Virus record (IMG/VR): IMGVR_UViG_3300026472_000003
Coordinates: 82,851-146,850 of that record
Origin: a virus
Taxonomy: Duplodnaviria; Heunggongvirae; Uroviricota; Caudoviricetes
DNA: 64,000 nt
Reading direction: 5' to 3' (one strand)
Part shown: positions 20,664-31,066 of the stretch, in pieces
How positions within the stretch are numbered: position 1 is the first letter of the stretch
Layout: each line of letters begins with the position of its first letter
Program-made: the position numbers and the translations under genes
The notes under the pieces: generated by a model
Told to the model about the DNA's origin: nothing
Database searches by the model: none
What the model saw: the letters and a program-made list of their open reading frames with translations, nothing else

Positions 20664-21125
20664 TTAGTTCGCTTCCGGTTGATCCATCGTGTTCACTTGG
20701 TGAACCATCCCCATTTTGCCCATGAGTTCTTTTAGGCCTGCGAAACCGTCTTTCGTGAAAAAACAGCCGTAGTTAACCTCCAGAACTTTTGCAACAAGTT
20801 TCAACAGATCGAACACTTTGTCTTGGAACACTTCGTCCATGTTGACCTGTCCGCCGCCGTCTACCGCCACGTCTTCAAGGATCAATTCGAAGAGTTTATT
20901 CAGATCATCTTCTTCCATCTGTTCGAACAGATAAAGGATAGCCGTTGGCAAGGCCTCGGAGAGATTCTGCCCACCACTTGCCATAGATCCACCAATGGTA
21001 GCCATAGGTACGGCGACATAGCGACCAATCTTCGGCAGATTCTTCATTACCTTGGTAGGAGACCAGTGGGTGATCTCGAAGTTATGCCCTGCCAGGTCAA
21101 TCTCAGTTGTAGGTCTAAATTTCAT
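20664..21125 (-). CDS. tail assembly chaperone
   Basis: 153 aa, acidic, immediately upstream of the tape measure gene. Confidence 0.5.
   Translation of the reverse strand: MKFRPTTEIDLAGHNFEITHWSPTKVMKNLPKIGRYVAVPMATIGGSMASGGQNLSEALPTAILYLFEQMEEDDLNKLFELILEDVAVDGGGQVNMDEVFQDKVFDLLKLVAKVLEVNYGCFFTKDGFAGLKELMGKMGMVHQVNTMDQPEAN
20757..20763 (-). other. candidate -1 programmed ribosomal frameshift slippery heptamer UUUUUUC
   Basis: Heptamer is in X-XXY-YYZ register with the chaperone frame (codons ..TGT TTT TTC..). Confidence 0.45.
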
Positions 21126-21206
21126 TGTGTACGCTCCTGCGTCTTTGAATTAGTTTTTCCGTGCATGTGTTTGAAAGGCCACATCCTTGTGGCACACGAA
21201 ACGCTA

Positions 21207-21680
21207 TTAAACGATACCCGCCAAGCCTGCCAGACCAAAGCCTGATGCAGTCAGAGTATCTTTGCTTAACCATGCGTCCAAGATTCCGATTTCCCAGTCC
21301 ATCTGTCCTACTTCGGTGCCGTAGGTCAAGTCGGGTTGTTTCTGAATCCATCCGATAGTGGACAGACCAAGGCCTTGAGAGCCTTCCAGAATCACAGGGA
21401 AGAAAATTAGCCCAGTCATGGAAGCCTGTTTCTGCCAGTCGGAAAAGTATCCGTTCCACTTGGAGGTGTTCTGCAAGGAAACAGTGAGTACACCAGACTG
21501 GTTACGGGACAGTGCAGCCGACAGTTCACCATCGACCCCCATATGGGGGATGATGTTGTCTTCGTTGCGAGCAACGACGATCTTTGTATCAGCAGCAAAC
21601 CCCGTGACACGCTGAGTCATCAAAGACAGGCGTACTTTCTTAGGGTCATACGCATAGGGTGTTAGGATAGCTGTATCCAT
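21207..21680 (-). CDS. tail tube protein
   Basis: 157 aa, directly downstream of the sheath gene. Confidence 0.5.
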   Translation of the reverse strand: MDTAILTPYAYDPKKVRLSLMTQRVTGFAADTKIVVARNEDNIIPHMGVDGELSAALSRNQSGVLTVSLQNTSKWNGYFSDWQKQASMTGLIFFPVILEGSQGLGLSTIGWIQKQPDLTYGTEVGQMDWEIGILDAWLSKDTLTASGFGLAGLAGIV

Positions 21681-21695
21681 TATTTACTCCTGATA

Positions 21696-23120
21696 TTATA
21701 CGGCAGCAGTTGTAGCTTGTCCGTTGGATGCTGTTGAACCAGTCTTGTCAAGCAAGACAGTGATTCGGATCTTAACGAAGTGCAGAGCGCCGTTGTAAAC
21801 AACTTCAACCTTCACGTTGTTAAGTGTTCTGGTCGCCAGGTCATTAGAAGGGATGCTTCCACGACGTGGGATTGTAATCACTGGGTCATAAAACACATTG
21901 TTTTCCTGATCGAACCCTGTTAGGATAGCACCGTTGGTGATACCTGGGTTGATAGGGCTGTTCATCATGACAGAGCGAAGGTTCAGCAAGTCGTCGTCAC
22001 TCATCTTGAGGCTTTGACCAAGATTGGAGCGTCGTGACATGTATCCAAAGATTGACTCTTCTGTTCGGAACTTCATCCAGTGACCAAAACGGATTACGTC
22101 AACGTACTGACCGGAAGCAACTTTGCCTTCCCAATAAGCGCCAACACCGTTGATGGTGCGGTAGATGTTGACATTCTGCTCCCACACATTAGCTCTTTCT
22201 GTTAATCCTAATACCGGAGCTACTACGCCAGGCAAGGTTTTCAGATGGAGTGAGTCACCGAAGGATGGATCGTTGGAAGCCATTGCTCCAATAACCCCCG
22301 CCTCTGGGAACGTGGTGTCCGCAGTTGGGTCGTAAGTACCGAGGCTGTTGTCGTACGACAGAGCTTTCAGTTGAGCTGCAATGCTCGTGTCAGATGCGGT
22401 CTCGATGGTCTCATCTTGAGTTGAATACACATGTAGCTTGTAGTTGGCTGAGGCATATGCTGCTGCCGCCAAGATAGAAGCATTTGTGTGAGACTCAGTG
22501 CTCAGGAAGTACCAATCCTCTCCAGCCGCTGCAATGACAGGGAGGATAGAGGAGACAGTCTCAGGTGAGGTACTGACAATCTCATACTCGCCTTGGTCTT
22601 TCCCAAGACTGAACAGGCCATTGTCTTTGGAGACGATAGTCACCTTTCCAGCGTTCGCGGCTGTGCCAGCGGTTGCTGTTAGAACTGTTGCCAGAGTGGT
22701 GTCTGCGGTGATCGCTGCTGTCAATGCAGTTGCAATAGTCGCAGGGGTGGACGCCTCTGTTACCTGTACGATAACAGACTTAGAGTACCCACCGGAAACG
22801 ATGTTCAGGGACACAGGGGCAGTTGCATCCACGTTGGTTTTACCTGTGAAATCCACCACAGAATTGGTCAGGGCTTGACGCCCAATCCGAATGTACTGAG
22901 GTTTGAATTTTCCAGCAAAAGCCTTGGTGGCGAATGTGTGGGCCGGAGAGCCTACAGCAAATCCGTCTGCCACCATGGAGTCAGTGTCTCCATAAGTGCG
23001 TTGACGGGCAGCGAAGGCATTGTGGATTGAAACAAACAATGGTGTTTCAAATCCCACTGTGGTAATTGGCTGAGTACCCAGTTCGACTGTTACATCAACC
23101 ACTTTATCTTGATAAGCCAT
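21696..23120 (-). CDS. tail sheath protein
   Basis: 474 aa, upstream of tube, chaperone and tape measure. Confidence 0.55.
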   Translation of the reverse strand: MAYQDKVVDVTVELGTQPITTVGFETPLFVSIHNAFAARQRTYGDTDSMVADGFAVGSPAHTFATKAFAGKFKPQYIRIGRQALTNSVVDFTGKTNVDATAPVSLNIVSGGYSKSVIVQVTEASTPATIATALTAAITADTTLATVLTATAGTAANAGKVTIVSKDNGLFSLGKDQGEYEIVSTSPETVSSILPVIAAAGEDWYFLSTESHTNASILAAAAYASANYKLHVYSTQDETIETASDTSIAAQLKALSYDNSLGTYDPTADTTFPEAGVIGAMASNDPSFGDSLHLKTLPGVVAPVLGLTERANVWEQNVNIYRTINGVGAYWEGKVASGQYVDVIRFGHWMKFRTEESIFGYMSRRSNLGQSLKMSDDDLLNLRSVMMNSPINPGITNGAILTGFDQENNVFYDPVITIPRRGSIPSNDLATRTLNNVKVEVVYNGALHFVKIRITVLLDKTGSTASNGQATTAAV

Positions 23121-23151
23121 TGATTTCCTCTTTATTATATCTTACATGCAG

Positions 23152-23772
23152 TTATTGATCAGCACCGTTCAGTGCTACAGTTAGAGGTTCTCCCTCTTGT
23201 GTCACGATCAATGATGAGCCGGAACTTATCAACAACCGAGTGTTATCGGCTTGCGGGTATGAATAAACTATTTCCAAGTTTATTTTATCAATACTCTCAA
23301 ACGCGGTTTTGTCCACAGCGATGAACTTGACATTGAATGTCACGATTACCACAGCGCGGTTTTCATACTTCTGCATATTGACCGGAATCCTCAGCTTAGA
23401 TACAGAAGAGGACGAAGCGTATGCAAACGCAGAAGGTGTTGGGAAATATTTTTCGTAGAGGAAGGGAAGGTTGAATGCCTGGACAACCTTGTTCAGGTCA
23501 GAGAATGCTTTTCCTCTGTACGCTGTAAAGGTGTACGTGACCTCATAGTTATGAGACACGGCACTTATGCCCTCCTCATCTTCCCACTCATTATCTGCCC
23601 AATCGAGTTGTGTTGCGTCGGTCTGGGATACCATGATAAACTCATCATCCACTTTTGGAATTGTTTCATCATCGTCTAAGACGACCTTTCTTCCAGTCAC
23701 CTCTTTTATCATCCGACCAACAGTATTTGTCAGGAGGTCAAACACATAGTCAGTATTTACAAAACTCTCCAT
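23152..23772 (-). CDS. neck / tail-completion protein (hypothetical)
   Basis: 206-aa ORF between the head and tail modules. Confidence 0.35.
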   Translation of the reverse strand: MESFVNTDYVFDLLTNTVGRMIKEVTGRKVVLDDDETIPKVDDEFIMVSQTDATQLDWADNEWEDEEGISAVSHNYEVTYTFTAYRGKAFSDLNKVVQAFNLPFLYEKYFPTPSAFAYASSSSVSKLRIPVNMQKYENRAVVIVTFNVKFIAVDKTAFESIDKINLEIVYSYPQADNTRLLISSGSSLIVTQEGEPLTVALNGADQ

Positions 23773-24206
23773 TAAAGTCCTCCCTCTGTCCCAGCAGGAA
23801 CAGCCACAACGAAGGCTCGGAATCTCGCAACTCCAGAGCTAGGATATGGGTCGGACTTTATCACTGTGAACCAATCCATTTCACCATTTGATGTGGGAAG
23901 AAGGATCTGATCCGAGAGAGTGAGGGTTCCCTCTTTTGGCCCCTTTAAAGGGACTGAGGAATAAACAGTGAAAGCATCATACTGTTTGCCACCTTCAAGC
24001 ATTAATTGGGAGGTGTAATCTCTGGCGGCGCGTCCTGACATTGGTTGGACTACGCATTCCAAGACATCAAATGGCTCGTAGGCCATCTCAACCCCAACGT
24101 TCTCAAAGGGACTGTCATCAGTCTTTGTGTACTCTCTGCGACGACCTTGGTAAGTTGGTCTCGGTATGAGTCTGTTCTTACCTATTAACCTGTAGCCTAC
24201 TGCCAT
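23772..24206 (-). CDS. neck protein (hypothetical)
   Basis: 144-aa ORF, translationally coupled. Confidence 0.35.
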   Translation of the reverse strand: MAVGYRLIGKNRLIPRPTYQGRRREYTKTDDSPFENVGVEMAYEPFDVLECVVQPMSGRAARDYTSQLMLEGGKQYDAFTVYSSVPLKGPKEGTLTLSDQILLPTSNGEMDWFTVIKSDPYPSSGVARFRAFVVAVPAGTEGGL

Positions 24207-24682
24207 TAGACCCCCTTATCTTTTCCTTTTGTCACCCTGAAAGAAGCAGCGCTCTTTAAATCTCCATAATGAACCATTGCCTCTTTAAATCCTTTCACCC
24301 CCGCCCATTGATCAGAGACCGTTGGAAATGGGAACTTACCAGAGTCGATAACAAATTGTATCTTCTTGGCCCCAGCCTTCCCGAGCATGTTGAATATTGG
24401 GGTGGGGTCTTTTCCGCCTGCGGCAAAGTAGGTGAAGAGATCTTTTTGGAATCTATTCAATTGCTTTGAAAACATAATCGCGGAACTGGTAATAAAGGAA
24501 CGAGCTGGAAGCCCATTCCAACCTTGTTCATGAATCGCCGCGAGGGTCGCCATGTTCAGGCCGGAATAGTGCTTATCATTATAGAAGCCATAGGTAACTT
24601 GCCGATAATCAAGGATCTTGACAGCTTTGAAAAAGTTTTCAAATTGACTCAGATCTTGCTTACTTGTTAATTTAACTGACAT
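24206..24682 (-). CDS. neck protein (hypothetical)
   Basis: 158-aa ORF. Confidence 0.35.
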   Translation of the reverse strand: MSVKLTSKQDLSQFENFFKAVKILDYRQVTYGFYNDKHYSGLNMATLAAIHEQGWNGLPARSFITSSAIMFSKQLNRFQKDLFTYFAAGGKDPTPIFNMLGKAGAKKIQFVIDSGKFPFPTVSDQWAGVKGFKEAMVHYGDLKSAASFRVTKGKDKGV

Positions 24683-24736
24683 GATTCTATCCGTTTAGGT
24701 ATTTTACCACGTTACCTTAGCAAAATCAATGGGATT

Positions 24737-25261
24737 TTATCTATGGGGTGTCGGTATCGCGTGGCGAAGTGGATAACGGAGAGGGAAACCACAAACACCC
24801 GTCTGAGGTATGACTCCACCAACATCATAAAGACTCTTCGAATTAGGGTTATACTTGACCCTGTTGAACTCATCCCTGCGGACTCCACCTATAATAACAA
24901 GGCTGGAAACGGCATTCAATGATGGGTCAACATAATCAGGATTCATGAGTAGCCAATCAAGGAAATCCTTCCACGATTTGTATGAAGAGCCTCCTTTGAC
25001 TTGGATTGTCTCATCTCCAATTTTCTCTAAGCGTTCTGTAATGCTCGACTCCCCGCTAGCCACTTCTTGCATTATCAACCATCTGACGCAAGAAACCAAG
25101 GTATTATAAATCACCAATGGGAGTCTTTCTGGATACTTATCTAATTCCTGCCTCATCTTTTCCATGGGCAAGAATGTTTGGATTACTAAATCCGGTAGGG
25201 CCTCTTCCACGATGGAGCCAAGAAGGAGCCTAATGTAATCGATGATTTCTTGGTCTGTCAT
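24737..25261 (-). CDS. head-tail connector/adaptor-like protein (hypothetical)
   Basis: 174-aa ORF. Confidence 0.35.
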   Translation of the reverse strand: MTDQEIIDYIRLLLGSIVEEALPDLVIQTFLPMEKMRQELDKYPERLPLVIYNTLVSCVRWLIMQEVASGESSITERLEKIGDETIQVKGGSSYKSWKDFLDWLLMNPDYVDPSLNAVSSLVIIGGVRRDEFNRVKYNPNSKSLYDVGGVIPQTGVCGFPLRYPLRHAIPTPHR

Positions 25262-25269
25262 TGTGACCT

Positions 25270-25313
25270 CTCGAAATAAATAAAGCTCCGCTGAATTAAC
25301 GGCAGAGCTTTAT
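25270..25313 (-). terminator. putative rho-independent terminator
   Basis: Inverted repeat AGCTCcGC...GCaGAGCT with a U-rich tail on the minus strand, after the 25317..25733 gene. Confidence 0.4.
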
Positions 25314-25316
25314 AAG

Positions 25317-25733
25317 TTAGGTGTTGATAATTTTTGATGTTCTTAGTGCTGCAAGCAATGCATTTACTTTTGCGGTTAGTGCAGTGACTGCTGCCTGTGC
25401 TGATGTGGCGACTGCCGGAGCATCATCCCCGGCCACTGAGAGGGCAGTTTGGTCGGACACCGCCGCCCCCACTGCAAACTTATTCCCTGCCATGGCATTG
25501 GATGCGGCTGTCCCAATAGATAGATTAGAAGTCCCTGCCCCAATTGATAATCTTGCGGCTGCCTGGTCATCTCCCGCAGCGATAACAACGGGTTTTCCTT
25601 CTAAGTCGCCCCACTGTACTGCACCTCCTCCTGATGCAGAATCAAGCAGCTCCTTAATTGTCATTACCTTTCCTGTGGCGAGGTCTACAATCTCCCTTGC
25701 GTAGATGATCCCCATAGTTCCTGTAGTTGCCAT
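25317..25733 (-). CDS. Ala-rich hypothetical structural protein
   Basis: 138 aa. Confidence 0.35.
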   Translation of the reverse strand: MATTGTMGIIYAREIVDLATGKVMTIKELLDSASGGGAVQWGDLEGKPVVIAAGDDQAAARLSIGAGTSNLSIGTAASNAMAGNKFAVGAAVSDQTALSVAGDDAPAVATSAQAAVTALTAKVNALLAALRTSKIINT

Positions 25734-25757
25734 TATCCACTCCTTTTAATTATTTAT

Positions 25758-26273
25758 TTATTCTAATGAATCTTTGAAGTCAACAATTAGTTTTTCAAAA
25801 CCTTTATTACCTCTCAGCGTGACGCCGTGAGTCAATGCAAACTCGATAAGTTTGGCCTTGCTGCCTGCCTTATCTCCTTCATCGTTGAAGGCCTCGGCCT
25901 CTTTCAGAATTGCATCAATATCCACTTTTTGCCTTTCCTCTATTTGAGGAATATCCATTGTAAGCAGCGGTGTTTCAGGTGGTGCGTCCAGTTCTTTATT
26001 GAAGAACACAATGTATGTCCCCATTCTGAGAGTTGACGCCTTGGTATCCACATCCAAACCAGTCAGTTCAGCCAGTGCTGCGAAGAACTCAGGGTATGTC
26101 CTGAATGCCTTCATCTTGTTGCCGATAGCTAAACCATTCAGGGGTAGCCTGGCGCTGGCGCTGACGTTGATAGTCTCGTTGTATTTACCGAAGAATTTGA
26201 AAAGTTCCACCTTATTGGGGAAGACTTTATACTCTTGCTTTGCCATGTTTGTCTCCATCTTTTGCCCTAACAA
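25758..26273 (-). CDS. hypothetical head-associated protein
   Basis: 171 aa, immediately downstream of the capsid terminator. Confidence 0.35.
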   Translation of the reverse strand: MLGQKMETNMAKQEYKVFPNKVELFKFFGKYNETINVSASARLPLNGLAIGNKMKAFRTYPEFFAALAELTGLDVDTKASTLRMGTYIVFFNKELDAPPETPLLTMDIPQIEERQKVDIDAILKEAEAFNDEGDKAGSKAKLIEFALTHGVTLRGNKGFEKLIVDFKDSLE

Positions 26274-26315
26274 ACCCTTGACTTATTTGTAGGAGAGTTT
26301 ATCATGGGCCTTAAC

Positions 26316-26350
26316 GTGAAAAAAGGGAGAAGTGAAAAATCACCTCTCCC
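26316..26350 (-). terminator. rho-independent terminator after major capsid gene
   Basis: Stem GGGAGAAGTGA/TCACcTCTCCC with U6 on the minus strand. Confidence 0.55.
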
Positions 26351-26363
26351 TTTAGAGGTACTA

Positions 26364-27374
26364 TTAGAAAGTACCAGTTGAGCGAACTACCAGTTCAGGA
26401 CGGCAGTTAACCGTCAGGAAGGAAGTCTCAGATTCAACTTTTTGCTCACGGTGGTAAGCAGACTCTTTGTACCACAGGTACAGTTCTTCCGCCGGAGTGT
26501 TCGCTTCATGGACATCGTCCGCTGGAGCATAGTGGATCTGGAACATGTCCGAAATGCCGCGAGGCAGAACGTATGCTTCCCCGTCTGGGATGTAACCAGA
26601 GATGTCCTCAATGAAGGTGAAACCTTTGTGGACAAACTTACGGTTGTTGCTGTTTTCAGCACCATCGCCTTGACGACGACGTAGCGGCTCAGATGTGCTG
26701 CTGTAGAACTGGTAAGCGTTCATGATCAGCGGGTGGCTGATTAGAGCGGTAAACCACTTACGAGAAGCAAGAACCACGATGTCGTAGTTATCACCGTTAT
26801 CGCCAGCTTCGTCGATGATGAATCCACGAGCATCAGCTTCCAAGATATCAATCGGGTCGATAGCTACATCGGTGAAGTCCAGATTTGCAGTGTGCTGTGA
26901 AACACCCCACTCCTGGAAGTAGTTGTACTGAGCGGTCGGGTCTTGTGGAGACCAAGATTTACCCATTACTGCGGACAGCATGGCTTTCTCTTTCAGTTGC
27001 TCATGACTTGTGCGGATACGACGAACCACGCGAGCGATAACGTCCTGCACAGTCTTAGGTGCGTTGTCAGTGAAATACTTACGGAAGTTCTGAACGTCCG
27101 CTGCTGTGATCTGGCGATCCAGTGGGAAGAACGGAATGTTGAAGTTTTTCAGTTGGGCTTTTTCTGTTCCCACGTAGCTACGTTCACCTTGACGACGACG
27201 AGCTGGGAAGTCAGTTACGACTTCATCAACACGCTCAACCTGAGCCACTGTGGTCTCACCGTGGTAAGCGGTGAACAGGTTCATGTCGGTGATCAGACGA
27301 TACTGACGTGGAACAATTTCCAGGGTAGCGCCAAGGTTGACGATCTGGAAATCATTACTGCGTACTACTGCCAT
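26364..27374 (-). CDS. major capsid protein
   Basis: 336 aa, follows the decoration-like and scaffold genes and is followed by a strong terminator. Confidence 0.55.
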   Translation of the reverse strand: MAVVRSNDFQIVNLGATLEIVPRQYRLITDMNLFTAYHGETTVAQVERVDEVVTDFPARRRQGERSYVGTEKAQLKNFNIPFFPLDRQITAADVQNFRKYFTDNAPKTVQDVIARVVRRIRTSHEQLKEKAMLSAVMGKSWSPQDPTAQYNYFQEWGVSQHTANLDFTDVAIDPIDILEADARGFIIDEAGDNGDNYDIVVLASRKWFTALISHPLIMNAYQFYSSTSEPLRRRQGDGAENSNNRKFVHKGFTFIEDISGYIPDGEAYVLPRGISDMFQIHYAPADDVHEANTPAEELYLWYKESAYHREQKVESETSFLTVNCRPELVVRSTGTF

Positions 27375-27396
27375 GTTTTGGTCTCCTTAAAGAGAA

Positions 27397-27816
27397 TTAG
27401 ATAGACGTTACCGGAATCTCAACGGAGCCGTCGTAATATTTGTCAGTGATCTTGAGACCGCGAGCTTCCAAGGCAGTCTTAGCAGCAGCGTTGATCGCTG
27501 TGGTGCCGTCTGCGAAGAAGATTTTTCTTTGGTTCAGAGTCAGGCCACGAACACCAACAACTAGGTTGTAAGAAGTACCAACAGTAAACCCACGAGTTGG
27601 GGTGTACGCAGGATACAGGTCACGGTCGGTGATAACACCATATGCGGTTGCAGCGTCAGCTACGGCTACCGGAGCACCAGAAGCGTTCACAATAGTACCA
27701 GCTTTGACATTGGCACCAAACACAATAGCCATTTCAGCGAAAGAGTTACCTTGGTCGGAGGAGTCAACCTTACCAAGAACTAGGTCACTGTAGTAGCCTT
27801 CAATAGGATTTGCCAT
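27397..27816 (-). CDS. head decoration-like protein
   Basis: 139 aa, G/A/V-rich, between scaffold and capsid genes (lambda gpD-like position). Confidence 0.35.
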   Translation of the reverse strand: MANPIEGYYSDLVLGKVDSSDQGNSFAEMAIVFGANVKAGTIVNASGAPVAVADAATAYGVITDRDLYPAYTPTRGFTVGTSYNLVVGVRGLTLNQRKIFFADGTTAINAAAKTALEARGLKITDKYYDGSVEIPVTSI

Positions 27817-27834
27817 TTAGAGATTTCTCCTCAA

Positions 27835-28836
27835 TTAGTTGGCAGCGTTAGCTTCACGAGCCTTCGCAAGAGCTTTTTCAACGTTAGCTTTGATGATGTC
27901 TTCTGCGGACTTATTAAGGTCGCTAGCAGTGGCTTCTCCATCTAAACCGTGTTCTTTCTCACCGAACTCTTTCTTGACGTCAGCAACTTCGGTTTCCAGT
28001 TCAGCAATTCGTGCCTGAGCTTTTTCCAGAAGAGCAACGACAGGAGCGTTTTCAGATTTCAGAATGAAAGCAGCAACATCACCACGAGCAGCTTCATCTA
28101 CGAAAGATAAAGTGGACGCTTTGGCAACAGCGGCAGTGGTCTGAACTTGAATGTTCGCCTTGATGATTTCATCAGCAGCAGCTTCTTTCGCTCTAGCAGC
28201 TTCAAGTTGCTTAACCAAATCAAGATATTCTTGACTCTTAGTTACATCAACAGTATTATCGGACACAGAGGTCTCCTTGTTTTCATTTTTCTTTTCAACT
28301 GGCACTGTAGAAACTACAGTTTCCGTGGCGACCCCAGTTCCCTGAGTGTCTTTAGTGTCAAACGTGACACCGTGTTCAGCAACACCTTTTTCAAACATCT
28401 GTTGAAGTTTGATAAGTTCGTATTGCTTCATGAGACCCAATTCTTCACCTGCCTCGGCGGCTTTGGCGATAGTGATGGATTCCATACGTGCTGTGAGCGA
28501 TTCCTGACGTTCTAAGTTCCAGGCTTGTAACCACTCGTCAGTTGGGTTCTCTGCTGCATCGTTCTCAAGTTGAGTTTCAAACCCAAGAAGTTTAGTCAGC
28601 AATTCTGCGTCGGAATGCCACATATCGAAGAAACGACGAAGGAACTCTTCGAAGCTCAATTCAACTGTGACTTGACGGAGGGCCTTAAGTACATCACCTG
28701 TGATCTGCTCTGGCTTTAAGTCTGACTTCATCAGAAGACTGACTGGGCGTAAGTTAGCAGAAAAGCCTTGACTCTCGTGGCAAAGGGCGATACCTTTGTC
28801 TTTAATAGTTTTGGCCTTGTTTACGACTTCACTCAT
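27835..28836 (-). CDS. scaffolding protein
   Basis: 333 aa, highly acidic and alpha-helical (E/A/K-rich), upstream of the capsid gene. Confidence 0.5.
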   Translation of the reverse strand: MSEVVNKAKTIKDKGIALCHESQGFSANLRPVSLLMKSDLKPEQITGDVLKALRQVTVELSFEEFLRRFFDMWHSDAELLTKLLGFETQLENDAAENPTDEWLQAWNLERQESLTARMESITIAKAAEAGEELGLMKQYELIKLQQMFEKGVAEHGVTFDTKDTQGTGVATETVVSTVPVEKKNENKETSVSDNTVDVTKSQEYLDLVKQLEAARAKEAAADEIIKANIQVQTTAAVAKASTLSFVDEAARGDVAAFILKSENAPVVALLEKAQARIAELETEVADVKKEFGEKEHGLDGEATASDLNKSAEDIIKANVEKALAKAREANAAN

Positions 28837-29432
28837 TCGTTTTCCTCGGCAAGTTCAATCCCGAAGTCGAGATCGGTTATTTCACCCGTCTCTGTATCGG
28901 TAACACCGGAACATTGAATGCTCAGGCCACCGACCGCATTGGCCTTCTTCAAGAGCCACAACTCAGGATCATTATATTTTACTTTGGCTACCCAGGTTCC
29001 AGCTTTGATTACTTGCTGACTCTCAATAACCACCACACCAAATTCTTCTTGTATCCAAGTTTTCTCAATGGTGAAAGAATCTGTTTCTGCCATGTGAAAT
29101 AAGTTCTCTTTCACTAGGCCAGCGGCTCTCGCTGCATCGAAACTATCCTTGCCTTTTCTGATGGTCTCGGCTGTCATCCACTCTCCGTGGGCATCCTTAA
29201 CATCTGGCTCATAGATAACTTCGTAGGAGATCATCTCCTCTACTGCATCTTTCTGGATCGCTTCTTTGACGACGCTCATATTGAAAATATCTTTCGATGC
29301 TTTCTCTACCGCATTATCTGGAGATAGGCCTGAGGTAATCAGGCCGTTGGCGATTTTCAGTATCTTGCTCTTCTGAATGAGAGACAGACTGGACACTGAT
29401 GCAGGAAGGTCAGCAATACTTTTGTATTTCAT
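28833..29432 (-). CDS. putative prohead protease
   Basis: 199 aa between portal and scaffold. Assignment is by position only. Confidence 0.3.
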   Translation of the reverse strand: MKYKSIADLPASVSSLSLIQKSKILKIANGLITSGLSPDNAVEKASKDIFNMSVVKEAIQKDAVEEMISYEVIYEPDVKDAHGEWMTAETIRKGKDSFDAARAAGLVKENLFHMAETDSFTIEKTWIQEEFGVVVIESQQVIKAGTWVAKVKYNDPELWLLKKANAVGGLSIQCSGVTDTETGEITDLDFGIELAEENE

Positions 29433-29500
29433 CGTTTTCCCTCGTTGTTAGTATTTTAGCACTCTTCAATTTCTTTTGCAAGCATTTTCAGGTGGTTGAA

Positions 29501-31057
29501 TTAGTTCTCATTGTTGCTGACGGAATTGTCTCTAGCCGCTGAGTTTTTACCTGTACCATTGCCAGATGTTCCAGGTTCCATGCCTTCACCTGCGCCAGAA
29601 TCATTTTGTCCAAGGATTTCAAGTAAATCCTCTTGCGTCATGGATTCATCAATGACATAATCAAAACCACCAACTTCAAGGATCTTGTTAATTACTTCCC
29701 TTGTCTTAGGAAGGTAACCAACCGCACCAATACGCTGAACAAATTTTGAGAATCCTTCCATGTCCACTTCTTGAATAAGCCCTGGCTTAAACTTGGGCAT
29801 ATCTTCGTCTGAGAGCCGGATGTCATTCATCGCAAGGAGCTGCTGAATCATGAGGTTCAGGGCTGCGACTATGATGTCAATATCTCTCTGAACAAAATGC
29901 CCGTGTATTGTTTGCTTAGATTCTGATAGGTTGTAGGAACCTGGGCCGTCATTACCTAAGTTGATAAAACCTGCACCAAATCTATCCAGGATAGCTCTCT
30001 TTCTCTCGTGAATGAGGTCTTTTGTGCTATACTGCTTCCCAGCACCGTCTATCCCTTTAAGGGACATTTTGTACTGCTCTCCGCCTTTTTCGTTAAAGTC
30101 AGAGGGTAAGATAAAGAAGGCTTGCTCTCCAGCATGTGCGTTAGCTGCGTCAGCCATGAGGCCTTGCACCATGATTGCTTCTGCTGAGTTAGGGTCGATG
30201 TTTGCTTTGTTGAGAATCTGCGATGGAATCTTCAACTCGATGATACCGCCTAAATCTTTCCCTGCACCGATGACCTCTAAGTTCTCGATGAGGATTTTCT
30301 CACGGAAAGCTCGGTAACAACCAACAAGAGGAGACACCCCCGCAGGGCTGGACTCCGTACCGCCCAACGTCATCAGCATCAACTTGTTGGCAGGAATAAA
30401 CAACTCTCCCGCTCTGCGTCCGCCTACGTTCAGTTCAATGGACGTATTCAGGGAGGCCAAATTGCCATCGATATTGACAAAGGCTTTTGGACTCTGCCAC
30501 AAACCTGTGAAGGTTCTACCTGCATCCTCAAACTGGAACGGTCTCCAACGTGACAAGCTGGCCTGAGGCCTGAATGCCAATTTCTTAAGGACTGTCTTGC
30601 CCATAAACTTAGCGTTAGTCTTTTCTGTTCTGTACACCTTCTCAAAGGCAGAGAAACCGTACTCATTGAACGTCACGGCACTTCTGGCAAAATCTCGTAG
30701 CGTTTGACCTTCCATGTTTTTAAGTGCAAAGTCAATAAGTTCAGCCGCTTCTTTGGAAGCAGCGCTCTCACGATTGTACAGAATCTTAAAATCATTGAAC
30801 GCTTTGGTCACAAACACGTACTTAGTGTCGAGTGCGGTAGAGACTGTGTGGTCTTGTTTCATTGCCTCCACAGTGCTCAAGAAGAAGGGCCAACGGAGTT
30901 CCGTAACCATCATCCTTTCTGAGTCAGCCCTGATCTGAGATAAAGCCCCAGACCCCAGCTCGCCCAAGCGCATACGACTTACAGACAGAGCTTCATTCCC
31001 TGCCTTTTCAACAGTGACTTTATTCACTGTCTTTCTTTTTCTTCTTGACACGAGCAT
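29501..31057 (-). CDS. portal protein
   Basis: 518 aa, immediately downstream of large terminase with overlapping stop/start. Confidence 0.6.
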   Translation of the reverse strand: MLVSRRKRKTVNKVTVEKAGNEALSVSRMRLGELGSGALSQIRADSERMMVTELRWPFFLSTVEAMKQDHTVSTALDTKYVFVTKAFNDFKILYNRESAASKEAAELIDFALKNMEGQTLRDFARSAVTFNEYGFSAFEKVYRTEKTNAKFMGKTVLKKLAFRPQASLSRWRPFQFEDAGRTFTGLWQSPKAFVNIDGNLASLNTSIELNVGGRRAGELFIPANKLMLMTLGGTESSPAGVSPLVGCYRAFREKILIENLEVIGAGKDLGGIIELKIPSQILNKANIDPNSAEAIMVQGLMADAANAHAGEQAFFILPSDFNEKGGEQYKMSLKGIDGAGKQYSTKDLIHERKRAILDRFGAGFINLGNDGPGSYNLSESKQTIHGHFVQRDIDIIVAALNLMIQQLLAMNDIRLSDEDMPKFKPGLIQEVDMEGFSKFVQRIGAVGYLPKTREVINKILEVGGFDYVIDESMTQEDLLEILGQNDSGAGEGMEPGTSGNGTGKNSAARDNSVSNNEN

Positions 31058-31066
31058 TCCCCTTTG

